The position numbers and the translations under genes are program-made. From the UHGV virus genome UHGV-0263785: a stretch of 42,602 nt of DNA. One strand, 5' to 3'. Below, one piece after another: positions 26,729 to 35,806 of the stretch (positions within the stretch are counted from its first letter, which is position 1; every line of letters starts with the position of its first letter). Origin of the DNA: a virus. The notes beneath the pieces were generated by a model. The model made no database searches. It saw only the letters and a list, made by a program, of their open reading frames with translations, and was not told where the DNA came from.

Positions 26729-27126
26729 GAGTAGCCCCTCTTCTGAGGGGTTGCACATTTAAAATATTAAGGGCGGTCTTCTTCACGTACACAGTCACCT
26801 GGTCGAATCGTTCACGCATACTGAGTACAAAAAATCTCAACGATAAGATCAGGTTAGACCTGTATTTTCCAGAAACATATAGACGCCTAAAAAAACACTA
26901 AACTCATGATTATCATGTATGTTTTTACTGGAAACATTGAACCATCCACAATACAGCGTAAAAAGCAAGCAATTCACAAGATTTTAAAGTGATTTATCTG
27001 GAAGACTTTACTACTAACAGTTAATATCGTACCAGAAGTGCAGAATTTGCACTTTTACAGGAATGTGGTACGGAACATGCTGTCTATATTTCAACCAATA
27101 ATCGTAATGCAGTAACTGGAGGAGCT

Positions 27127-27615
27127 ATGGCTACCAACCCAAGAGAGCACGCCCGGCGAGTGCTGGACACGTTCTGGTGCGGGCGTGGTTTCCCTGTTGA
27201 TCCAGCGAAAATTGCTCACGACATGGGATTAGATGTTTTTATTACCGATCTTCCTGGGAAAGTTTCTGGCGCACTGATTAAACAAAAAGATCAAGATCCA
27301 GCGATCTTTCTAAACAGTGATGACAACAAAGTTCGTCAACGTTTTTCATGTGGGCATGAGTTGGGGCATTACATCGCCCGGCAAGCATCGCATAGCGATG
27401 AATATGAGTACGTTGATTTACGTGGCGAAACCGCAAGCGCCGGAACGCATCCTGATGAAATTTTTGCAAACAAGTTCGCAGCAGAACTTCTGATGCCGGT
27501 AGATGAGGTCAGAAAACTGCACGCTGACGGTCAACCAAGTTATATAATGGCGCATTATTTTGGCGTATCTGACGATGCGATGACTTATCGTTTAAAGAAC
27601 TTGAGGTTGGGGTAA
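27127..27615 (+). CDS. ImmA/IrrE-family zinc metallopeptidase (COG2856-like)
   Basis: 162 aa; HEXXH motif (HELGHY) followed by ..DEIFANKFAAELLMP.. characteristic of ImmA/IrrE peptidases; GGAGGAG RBS before the ATG. Confidence 0.7.
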   Translation: MATNPREHARRVLDTFWCGRGFPVDPAKIAHDMGLDVFITDLPGKVSGALIKQKDQDPAIFLNSDDNKVRQRFSCGHELGHYIARQASHSDEYEYVDLRGETASAGTHPDEIFANKFAAELLMPVDEVRKLHADGQPSYIMAHYFGVSDDAMTYRLKNLRLG

Positions 27616-27624
27616 CGCTTTAAA

Positions 27625-28230
27625 ATGCCATCGGATGACGATTTTAACAGCCGTTTCAAACAGGAAGTAGCACGCAGACTGAAGGATTCCCTCAACCTAC
27701 ACCGTCAGTTAGCAGAAGAGGTTGAGCCGGAGGACGATGAAACTCCGGTTCAGTCTCCTGACGAAGCTTCACCTCAGCCAAAGGTTTCGCACGCCCCCAA
27801 AAAAACGGCTGTCCGTATTCGCGGAATAGCCAGAAAAAGAGCTGCCGAAGCTCGCAAAATGGCTGTAGCTGCGTCTAGCAAAAGAATTCCAACTGCTACA
27901 CCCTCTCAACAAGTCACCCGTACTGAGAGTAAAATCTTGACCGAGTTCACATCTGTGAAACAGGTGAATTCACTTGATACCGAGCATGAGCGCAAACAAC
28001 TCAACAACAAAGATTTTGAAGCAGAAATCGCTCTAAAAAAACGATACGGGAAATGGTTCCTGATTATCCTTGCTTTCCAACTTCTGATAATGAATGGTGT
28101 ATTTATTGCCGACGGCGCAGGTAAGCTGGAATTTGAGGATTTAACACTACAGTTGTACATGGGCGGTACTTTGACAGAGGTATTCGGCCTCGTGCTGGTC
28201 GTGACAAAATACCTTTTTAAACGCAAGTAA
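27625..28230 (+). CDS. Membrane protein with charged, low-complexity N-terminal region and two C-terminal TM helices; partner of the ImmA-like peptidase
   Basis: 201 aa; starts 9 bp after the peptidase stop; C-terminus ..WFLIILAFQLLIMNGVFIADGAG..LTEVFGLVLVVTKYLFKRK. Confidence 0.55.
   Translation: MPSDDDFNSRFKQEVARRLKDSLNLHRQLAEEVEPEDDETPVQSPDEASPQPKVSHAPKKTAVRIRGIARKRAAEARKMAVAASSKRIPTATPSQQVTRTESKILTEFTSVKQVNSLDTEHERKQLNNKDFEAEIALKKRYGKWFLIILAFQLLIMNGVFIADGAGKLEFEDLTLQLYMGGTLTEVFGLVLVVTKYLFKRK
28152..28230 (+). repeat. Direct repeat copy 1 (the last ~26 codons of the membrane-protein gene)
   Basis: About 79 bp, roughly 90% identical to 31575-31653; homology ends exactly at the stop codon. 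Confidence 0.8.
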
Positions 28231-28244
28231 CTCTCTCGGTCCAA

Positions 28245-28266
28245 CAGTCTTTCGAAGGCCCTGATC
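28245..28266 (+). terminator. Hairpin (aaggccc-tgatca-aagggcctt) 3' of the membrane-protein gene
   Basis: Inverted repeat 15 bp after the stop. Confidence 0.35.
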
Positions 28267-28692
28267 AAAGGGCCTTGATAAATTAGCAGTGCGTTGAAAA
28301 CAGATAGTTATTCCCATCAGTTCCAACGTAATACACATCAAAAAAATCACCATTCTTTTGCTCTAACGTCAACACCTACCCTTAAAAAAATAATTCTCCA
28401 AGAATGAGAAAGTTATTGTGTGTATTAGATAAGATATGAGCTGACACATCTATGGCGTGGAGCCAAATTTAATATGACAGTCCGCTCTGTGCCATAAGCG
28501 GACTGTCAATAAACAGATTCACTTGTAAATCTTGAAGCTATACATATTTACTTTCAATGATAAATAAAAGAACTATCCAAAAATCACTGAGAGCATATTT
28601 TAACTAACCCTCCGCTACTATTAACATAAATTTCACCCAACCATAATTAAATTGATACATATAGCAACTTACCTTGATACGAATCATCTGGG

Positions 28693-29391
28693 TTATATTT
28701 TTCCATATTTTTTTCCGTCAAATCGAATCATGCCAGGATCAAGAAAATTAATTAAATCGATTAACGCGTGCTGTATTCTGATTAGCCTTTCTTTATAAAT
28801 TCCGATATCTCTTGTCATATTTATCACTTCATTGTTTAAATCTAAAAAAAATGGCTCATTGATAAAGCAATTTTCCTTTGTGAAACTGCCGTAACCTATG
28901 CAATCAAATCCAGTATCTGTTGATATCAGCATCTTTTCTGCAATAGCTCTCTGCTCTCCTATGAAAAACATAAAATACTGACCAAAGACGTCTGTTTGGA
29001 TTAATGAGTTAATATTGTTCTGTAATCTAATAAACTCCCTCATTTTTTTATTTTTTTCTAGGCTAAGGTATTGAATGTCTATGCGGGCAGCTTCTGTCCA
29101 TGCAAAAAACTGGGAAAAAAGAAAAACAGTATTGTTGATAACATAATCTTGTTGGCGCTTATTCCCATTATGATAAAACTCTTCAATGAACCCCAATTCT
29201 AATATATTATAAATACGGCTTTGTAAGTCTGAAGCTGAGCGAATTAACGGTTCAATATAGTACTGATGTTTTCTCCTTACATCCAGTGATTCATTGAGCT
29301 TGTTTATTCTATTCTGATTATAAGTAGATATAGCAATAGAGATTATAGCTATTGCACCACTAATAAAGCTTGAAATTAATGCCGTACCCAT
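28693..29391 (-). CDS. Membrane-anchored hypothetical protein (N-terminal TM helix), strongly AT-rich gene
   Basis: 232 aa, ATG start; N-terminus MGTALISSFISGAIAIISIAISTY; base composition clearly lower in GC than the phage backbone. Confidence 0.5.
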   Translation of the reverse strand: MGTALISSFISGAIAIISIAISTYNQNRINKLNESLDVRRKHQYYIEPLIRSASDLQSRIYNILELGFIEEFYHNGNKRQQDYVINNTVFLFSQFFAWTEAARIDIQYLSLEKNKKMREFIRLQNNINSLIQTDVFGQYFMFFIGEQRAIAEKMLISTDTGFDCIGYGSFTKENCFINEPFFLDLNNEVINMTRDIGIYKERLIRIQHALIDLINFLDPGMIRFDGKKYGKI

Positions 29392-29954
29392 CTAAAAGTC
29401 CTTTGATTCTTGCTTGGTTAACAAAATGACATAATTTTATTTAATGCCATAACAACTTAACAATATATCATAATATGATTATTATGGTGTAGCTTGTCGC
29501 ATCTACGCTCCATTACAAACAGATGTAAGATATAACCTATATGTTTTAGCCAGCAAATTCGAAAGCATTCAAAGTAGTCTCATCGAACTCTCGAAACCCT
29601 ATGTCTTCGGGTATAAAATATTTAAATCCATTTGCATAATATCGACTCATGTTTATTATATTCTCCCCATTCACCATTAAGATTTGACATTATTTTCAAC
29701 AATCGGTTATTGCAAGATTGAAATATATTTTTACTTGACACAATATTCCATGTAGCCCAGCGATTCGACTTACCCCCAACTATACGGACAATCTAAATTA
29801 AATCGATGATTTTTTGATACATTCTCCTCTCTCCATTACTTTATGTTTTTGTTCCCCAAAAATACCTTGCTCTCTAAAAAATAATTGTTCTTTAAGTTCA
29901 AAATCGAGATCTACATGAGCGTTAGATACAAAGCTAATATGTTGAAATGTCTTT

Positions 29955-29963
29955 CCCCCCCCC
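29955..29963. repeat. Homopolymeric C9 (G9 on the minus strand) tract
   Basis: Counted directly: ctttccccccccc|ataacgg. Confidence 0.9.
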
Positions 29964-30579
29964 ATAACGGCATTGTTATCTAAACTATGTTACACAAATA
30001 TAATATTACCCTTTCAACGTAATCCAAGAATAAGATTAATGCCATTATATATATCATAAATATGATATTTTGTATATTTTTATCATTTAGCCTTGATTGT
30101 ACTAGGTGTACTCTCAACGAAGTAGGGAAAGTCTGTTCCTCGCTCACAGCTGCCCTTCAGTAAGCGAAAAAATGCCTACTCGGTGCCATATACAGCCATT
30201 GTTATTAACAGCAGGGAATAATTCAAAACTGAAATTAAATATCTACCTTTTACAGTAGAAATAGTTCCTCCAGGACACTATCCATTGCCGGGCACAATCA
30301 CTCGGGGTATAACGATATAAAATATGTTCATGATAGTGCAGGTTCGTATATTAAGTTCAGCAGCGAAAACATGCCTTACAGGTTTCCGGTTTTGGGAGCG
30401 TCGTTACAGGATCCTGCGCATACCGTTCCCATCTGTTGAATTAAAGGTTTCACAGCCTTTGCCGATATCACCTTTTACCTTACCTGTGATGCGTTCAGTG
30501 CTCAGCGTTGTTTACTGTAGCTCTCGGGACTGATTACAGACCGCGTCTTAAAAACCAATCCTTACTCTAAAGGGAATTC

Positions 30580-31503
30580 ATGAGATTAAAATACTCAGTA
30601 CTCTTACTCGCCATTGCCCTTACAGGCTGTGATAACAAAAAAGATGAGATCGGTTGTTCTTCGGAAATAACCCAGTCAGCTCTCATGGATTTATTAAAAA
30701 AATCTGCTTATGAAGGACTCTCTGAACAGGTCGATAAATACCCTGATGTCACTAATCAGACCAAACGAAGCACACTGGACAAGATCAAACTAGCCATCTC
30801 TGAGATCTCCACAACATCAAGTGACACGGGCAGCACAATGAAAACTTGTGAAGGGACCGTGACGATGACTCTATCTGCGAACGAGTACGTCCAGCTTTCA
30901 GATGCTTACAGAAAGAATTTTAATCGTAATCTCGATAAGCAAATGGAAAGCCTGTTTTTGGAGAACAACGCAAACGCCTTTTCAAAACGTATCACCTACA
31001 CCGTGCAGGCGACCGACGATCAGAAAAACGTTTTTGTAAAAACCTCTACTGATAATCCGATATCAGTGGGCGCCGCTTTACTGACATCGCTTTCCATTAT
31101 CACCCCGATCGTTGAGCAGCAGAAAATCCAGCAGGCTAAGGATGCCCAACAGAGTCAAATTGAAGCGGAACAACAGGTGCAACTCAGGGCGCAAGAACAG
31201 GCTAAGTATGAGGCGGAGAAGCAAATAGAGAGACAGGCACAACTTCAGCCGCAAAAAGCTGACAACCTTGATCAGTCCCGAATGGCATTTGCGAATGCCG
31301 ACTCTGATTTGAGTACCGTCTGGAGCAAGTTAACCCCGGCGAAGAAAAAAGATTTGCTGCCTTCTCAGCGTCAGTGGATCAAAACTAAGGATGCTATGTG
31401 CGGTAAAGTTTCAATGCAGGGAACAGATGCTGAAGTCAAGAAAATGGTCGACTGCCAGACGCAAATGACCCTTTCAAGAATCGCTTTCCTCAGAAACCAA
31501 TAA
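30580..31503 (+). CDS. Lipoprotein with central Gln/Glu-rich coiled-coil and C-terminal DUF1311 (LprI-like) domain
   Basis: 307 aa; lipobox (LLAIALTGC|D); C-terminal ..SQRQWIKTKDAMCGKVSMQGTDAEVKKMVDCQTQMTLSRIAFLRNQ fits the DUF1311 pattern (Q..W...RD..C......C....T..R...L). Confidence 0.6.
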   Translation: MRLKYSVLLLAIALTGCDNKKDEIGCSSEITQSALMDLLKKSAYEGLSEQVDKYPDVTNQTKRSTLDKIKLAISEISTTSSDTGSTMKTCEGTVTMTLSANEYVQLSDAYRKNFNRNLDKQMESLFLENNANAFSKRITYTVQATDDQKNVFVKTSTDNPISVGAALLTSLSIITPIVEQQKIQQAKDAQQSQIEAEQQVQLRAQEQAKYEAEKQIERQAQLQPQKADNLDQSRMAFANADSDLSTVWSKLTPAKKKDLLPSQRQWIKTKDAMCGKVSMQGTDAEVKKMVDCQTQMTLSRIAFLRNQ

Positions 31504-31574
31504 CTGAAGTCTCCTTCAAGCTGGCGCCAGGTGTTAACCTGGTGCCAGCTTAGTCATCAAGTGCATATGTAACT

Positions 31575-31653
31575 GTTTTATATGGGCGGTACTTTGACAG
31601 AGGTATTCGGTCTCGTGCTGGTCGTGGTCAAATACCTTTTTAAGCGCAAATAG
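31575..31653 (+). pseudogene. Direct repeat copy 2: orphan 3' remnant of a homologous membrane-protein gene (encodes ..YMGGTLTEVFGLVLVVVKYLFKRK*)
   Basis: In-frame through to a TAG stop, differences mostly synonymous, no upstream coding sequence. Confidence 0.7.
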
Positions 31654-31677
31654 AGTATTTCCGCCCCAAACAACCTG

Positions 31678-32496
31678 TCAAAATGCTGAATTAGCAACGG
31701 ATATAGCCGACTTTTTCCCCATTACCATCAATTTATCCAGTGTCATACTTCGCAGATTGTCGCTGTGGATCACCAGATACCCTGCCCGCTCAGCGATCTC
31801 TTTGAAAGCGTCAAAGGTCATCAGATGTTCGCCTTTGGCAACATGGCGCATCCCGGTCACTTTTCCATTTTTGATAGTGGTGATAAAAGAAAAATCTGGA
31901 ATGGTTGGGTGATTTTCATCGAGTAGCAGGCAGTGGATGTATTCAATCGCCTCTAACATTTGCGTCTGTGACAGTTGTTCTATGTGAGAGACGGCGAAGC
32001 GTTGATGAATCATGGTGTAGGCATCGGGATACATCATGCCTTTCTTGCCGACCAGTATATTAACGGCATCACGCAAGGGAGTACGGTCATCGGTAGTTGT
32101 ACTCCGCCTCTCTGGACGCTGGCTAAAATAACAATCTTCCAGCTTTTCGAAAACTTCCCAGGCCTGTTCTGTTTCCAGCATTTTGGCATGGCGAGCTGCG
32201 CCGCGTTCTGTCCAGAGAATGAGGGATCGGGTATGTTTAGCAACTGACTGACTATCTGTCAGTCTGTTTTTGAAGTCGCGTAATTCATTACCTTCCAGCT
32301 TAAAAAAATGCTTTCCTACGACAAATCTGGCGATGTTGCGCTTGAAGTTTTGCTGGATACCATTTACTTCCGTGCCATACAAACTGGCAAGCAATTCAGT
32401 AGTGATGACGGGAAGTTGGTTATGATGTAGCGGAGAAAGGGATTCCGCAGATATTTGGACTGTCATCGCAGTGGCCTCACTTAGTGTTTTTTTCAT
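31678..32496 (-). CDS. Phage antirepressor (Ant-like)
   Basis: N-terminal region resembles antirepressor N-domains and the C-terminal half KilA-C-type domains; the listed ORF starts at TTG (32514), the first ATG is at 32496. Confidence 0.55.
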   Translation of the reverse strand: MKKTLSEATAMTVQISAESLSPLHHNQLPVITTELLASLYGTEVNGIQQNFKRNIARFVVGKHFFKLEGNELRDFKNRLTDSQSVAKHTRSLILWTERGAARHAKMLETEQAWEVFEKLEDCYFSQRPERRSTTTDDRTPLRDAVNILVGKKGMMYPDAYTMIHQRFAVSHIEQLSQTQMLEAIEYIHCLLLDENHPTIPDFSFITTIKNGKVTGMRHVAKGEHLMTFDAFKEIAERAGYLVIHSDNLRSMTLDKLMVMGKKSAISVANSAF

Positions 32497-32528
32497 CACC
32501 ACCAGCGACGCCAATCATCTGGTGGTGA
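32496..32528. promoter_or_regulatory. Perfect 10-bp palindrome (tcaccaccag N13 ctggtggtga) overlapping the antirepressor RBS/start
   Basis: Read directly; the 3' arm contains the GGTGGTG Shine-Dalgarno-like sequence. Confidence 0.35.
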
Positions 32529-32738
32529 GCTGTGCAGGGTTGGCGTAACCGGCTAAGTGAACCCGGCGCTTCCACAGAAGCCCCCACACAGCCCACCATA
32601 ATGCGAATGTGGCCGTGCCTAACACATAAAAAAACCGCTAACGCGGCTATGCGTCACTTAGATATCCGGGACGCCAATCCCGGCAACCGATTTTGCGGCT
32701 GCGCGGAAACTATAGCCCCGGACTTTTTCTAAGTCAAT

Positions 32739-32960
32739 TCAATCAACTTCAAACCTCCGGTGTTCACATTCCATACACTCAACGGGAACATCATCGCGAT
32801 GCAAGTCCACATATCCGACCCGCTTATACAACTCAATAATGTCCGGTAACGTGACCAGATGTTTTTCCGGTTCCAACACCTCAGCCCGGGTTACTTTGTA
32901 ATCTGAAATATAGAGCACTATCCGCCCGTTCCGTGGTAACTCCAGTTTATCGCCAAACAT
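32739..32960 (-). CDS. Hypothetical small protein (nin-like region)
   Basis: 73-aa ORF in the operon direction. Confidence 0.3.
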   Translation of the reverse strand: MFGDKLELPRNGRIVLYISDYKVTRAEVLEPEKHLVTLPDIIELYKRVGYVDLHRDDVPVECMECEHRRFEVD

Positions 32961-33147
32961 GTCCTTTCCCTCCGGGAAACCAATGATATTGACGATATTA
33001 CACCCACAACGATTCGTTTTACGTCACTCCGCAATCACCATACATCCGTACCAATCCGTACATTCCCACCACAAAAACGATATTTGACAGGCACTGGTAA
33101 TAGATTTTTAACGCGTGCTATTGCCTTGCGACGTATTTTCAATTCAC

Positions 33148-33372
33148 TCATACAGCCTCCCTGCTCTCAAACGGACGAATATTGGTTGGTTCTCCACACG
33201 GAATAGCCCAACCCAGCCAGGTAAATATTTTCAGGTCACACATCGCGTCATACCGTTCGCCAGGATTCACATCCACCATGCTGCAGGCAATTTCATATTG
33301 TTCACCATTATCAGTCAGTGCGATCTGGTCATTAATAAACCGGGGCACAAATGCAAGAAAAAGTTCTTTCAT
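33148..33372 (-). CDS. Hypothetical small protein (nin-like region)
   Basis: 74-aa ORF in the operon direction; preferred over the overlapping + strand ORF. Confidence 0.3.
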   Translation of the reverse strand: MKELFLAFVPRFINDQIALTDNGEQYEIACSMVDVNPGERYDAMCDLKIFTWLGWAIPCGEPTNIRPFESREAV

Positions 33373-33680
33373 GAAATTCTCCGCTCAAAATAAACAAACT
33401 GATTCACCGCTCCGATCGGCATTTCGAGTTTTTCTGCGATATCCTGGCGATTAATACCCGACTGATGTAATTCCCTTGCCAGCTCGATATCTTCCTGGAG
33501 GTATTTCACTGACTGGTGATAATTACCCCGCAGATACATACAGATTTTCAGCTCGCGCGCTTTTGTGCGTACCGCTGCACCGGTTCTGCCAATAAGCTGC
33601 CCTATACGTTCAACTGTCATGCTGCCCGCACATTGTTTGATGATTACGACTTCCGCACGCACCCACCGTTTGTATTTCAT
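33369..33680 (-). CDS. Small putative DNA-binding (HTH) protein
   Basis: 103 aa with two HTH-like stretches (..MTVERIGQLIGRTGAAVRTKAREL.., ..GINRQDIAEKLEMPIGAVNQFVY..). Confidence 0.3.
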   Translation of the reverse strand: MKYKRWVRAEVVIIKQCAGSMTVERIGQLIGRTGAAVRTKARELKICMYLRGNYHQSVKYLQEDIELARELHQSGINRQDIAEKLEMPIGAVNQFVYFERRIS

Positions 33681-33913
33681 TGTTCCATCACCCCTCTCCA
33701 GTAGTTCAGACGCTCTCTGAAAAATTCCCGGTACGTATCTGGCGTCATTCCGATTTGCTCAATCACGCTTCCCCTCGGAATACGTTTCTCAAAGAGTTGG
33801 CGGATCAGCGCCGCCGCTCGCATGTCGTAGTGCTCTTTAAGCTGGTATTCCTGGGGCCATTTGGCGCGGTTGTGTGGTAAGCCGGGCGGCAGGTAATCTG
33901 ATTGCCCGGCCAT
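33677..33913 (-). CDS. Hypothetical small protein
   Basis: 78-aa ORF tightly packed in the operon. Confidence 0.3.
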   Translation of the reverse strand: MAGQSDYLPPGLPHNRAKWPQEYQLKEHYDMRAAALIRQLFEKRIPRGSVIEQIGMTPDTYREFFRERLNYWRGVMEQ

Positions 33914-33914
33914 A

Positions 33915-34325
33915 TCACGCCCCTTTCTTTGCTATCGGAGTGATGGAACTCAGCAGCAGGCGGCAGCGACCAGGCGCGCCAATGCGCTGCCCGGTTATCT
34001 TGTCGTAAGTTTCATGCGGTGAGGCACACCAGGTTGTCGCTGTTTCGTGGAGTTTCACTTGCCGCTCACCATTTCTGCGAATCGCGATCCCGGTGTGCGT
34101 TTTGCCCTTACGTTTCACTGCTGGCGCTGCGGCTACGGATGCCTGACGGGCAGGCTTAGCAGGGGTTGAAAAATTGCCTGCTTTAGGTCTTGGCACAAAA
34201 ACCGCGCGAGTGCGCGCACGTGGCCCGACGTTCATATTCCACAAAATGACGTCGAGATAGTTTTTACCGTCGTCTATGTGTCCTTTGTCCGACGGGTACT
34301 CTAATTTGCCTGGAGTGGTGGTCAT
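33915..34325 (-). CDS. Hypothetical protein
   Basis: 136-aa ORF directly downstream of the helicase gene. Confidence 0.3.
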   Translation of the reverse strand: MTTTPGKLEYPSDKGHIDDGKNYLDVILWNMNVGPRARTRAVFVPRPKAGNFSTPAKPARQASVAAAPAVKRKGKTHTGIAIRRNGERQVKLHETATTWCASPHETYDKITGQRIGAPGRCRLLLSSITPIAKKGA

Positions 34326-34363
34326 TGGTCTTTCCTCGGTTATTTCACGCTGGTCAGGCGTGG

Positions 34364-35806
34364 TTAAAATTCATTTGTGCGAGAATTATCGCTACGGGAA
34401 TAACGTTTATTTTTTTCTGAGCGGTCGTTGGTAAGGCGATAAACCTCCTCATCGCTGATATCAATAACTGAGCCATTTTTCATCAGGGCATAGGCTGTTC
34501 CCGATGGTCCTTCGCGGTTCAGACGTAGCAACATTTCCATGAGATTTGGGTCGGCATTTTCGTTATAAACAGCATCACGATAGAGGCCAATCCAGACATC
34601 GCAATCTTGTTCGATCTGCCCGGTATCTTTACTGTCGCTCGGGTTAGGCCGCTTATCGGCACGTTCTTCAAGCTTTCGGTTGAGTTGCGTCAGCAGGACC
34701 ACAACACAATCCAGCTCTTTTGCCAGGTTCTTCAAACCGGTTGTGATATCGCCATACGCAATATCCCTACGCTCTGCCGATTCGGTCTTCATCAGCGTCA
34801 AATAGTCAATTGCCACCAGGCCAACCGAGCCACGCATCCGTTTAACTTTTCGACATTCAGCGACAATATGCGCAAGGGTTACACCTGCCGTGCTGTCAAT
34901 CATCATGTTGGATTCGGCAATCTCCCCCGCCTTTGCTATTGCGAGACTCAATTCAGATTCATCGTTAGGGCCAAGATAAAAAATCTCCGAATTGACCTTT
35001 GCTTCCTGCGCAACCATGCGTTCAATGAGACTTCTGTCAGTCATTTCCAGGCTAAATACCAGCGTCGGCAAACGATGATTCAGAGCAAAATGCACCGCAA
35101 TTTTATTAAACGCGGCTGTCTTGCCCATTTTTGGCCGGGCACCAATAACGACCAATGAACCTCTTAACGCCTGCTTTGGTGCCATTAAGCGATCAAGGCT
35201 TTCGATTCCGAGCGTTAGTCCGGCTGCATGTGCTGGATCATTGAAACGGCGCTCAAGGTCATCTATCCAGTCATCGACGACTTCACTTGCCGGACGCAAA
35301 CCGCCCTTATGCCCGGTACGGGAATGTTCGGCCACCTGCCCAATCACTTGCTGAACGGCGGTGATCCTGTCAGTAGCAGTCATATCTGCAGGCTGGATCA
35401 TAATCTCCAGACAAGAATTCAACTTTTCCACGGCATAACGAAGAATGGCTTTTTCACGTACAATTTTCGCGTAGTTGACCATTGAGGCCGGAATCGCCGC
35501 CTTACTCATTTCAGCCAGGTATGCGAATCCCCCCACGCGCTCATACAGCCCCTTCGATTCCATCAGTTCGGTCAGTGTTATCAGGTCAGTTGGTTTATCA
35601 GCTTGAAATAATCCTTTGATCTCCCGGTAGATAACCTGATGCGCATTGATATAAAACGTTTCCGGTTTCAGTAACGCAAATACCGCATTGGTTCTGTCGT
35701 GGTCGGTATTCAGCATCAGACAGCCCAGAACAGCCTGTTCTGCGTCAACGCTGTACAGTGCAATCGCGTTATTTATCATTTGCGCGTTCTTCCTTGACCG
35801 AAACAT
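34364..35806 (-). CDS. Replicative DNA helicase (DnaB family)
   Basis: DnaB N-terminal ..SVDAEQAVLGCLML.., Walker A ..GARPKMGKTA.., and ..TQLNRKLEERADKRP.. blocks; an alternative ATG at 35779 is also possible. Confidence 0.85.
   Translation of the reverse strand: MFRSRKNAQMINNAIALYSVDAEQAVLGCLMLNTDHDRTNAVFALLKPETFYINAHQVIYREIKGLFQADKPTDLITLTELMESKGLYERVGGFAYLAEMSKAAIPASMVNYAKIVREKAILRYAVEKLNSCLEIMIQPADMTATDRITAVQQVIGQVAEHSRTGHKGGLRPASEVVDDWIDDLERRFNDPAHAAGLTLGIESLDRLMAPKQALRGSLVVIGARPKMGKTAAFNKIAVHFALNHRLPTLVFSLEMTDRSLIERMVAQEAKVNSEIFYLGPNDESELSLAIAKAGEIAESNMMIDSTAGVTLAHIVAECRKVKRMRGSVGLVAIDYLTLMKTESAERRDIAYGDITTGLKNLAKELDCVVVLLTQLNRKLEERADKRPNPSDSKDTGQIEQDCDVWIGLYRDAVYNENADPNLMEMLLRLNREGPSGTAYALMKNGSVIDISDEEVYRLTNDRSEKNKRYSRSDNSRTNEF

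Noticed and set aside
32529-32738. LexA (SOS) box controlling the antirepressor
   Set aside because: No CTGT-N8-ACAG dyad found in the 200 bp upstream of ant; only the 10-bp palindrome over the start codon, which does not match the LexA consensus.
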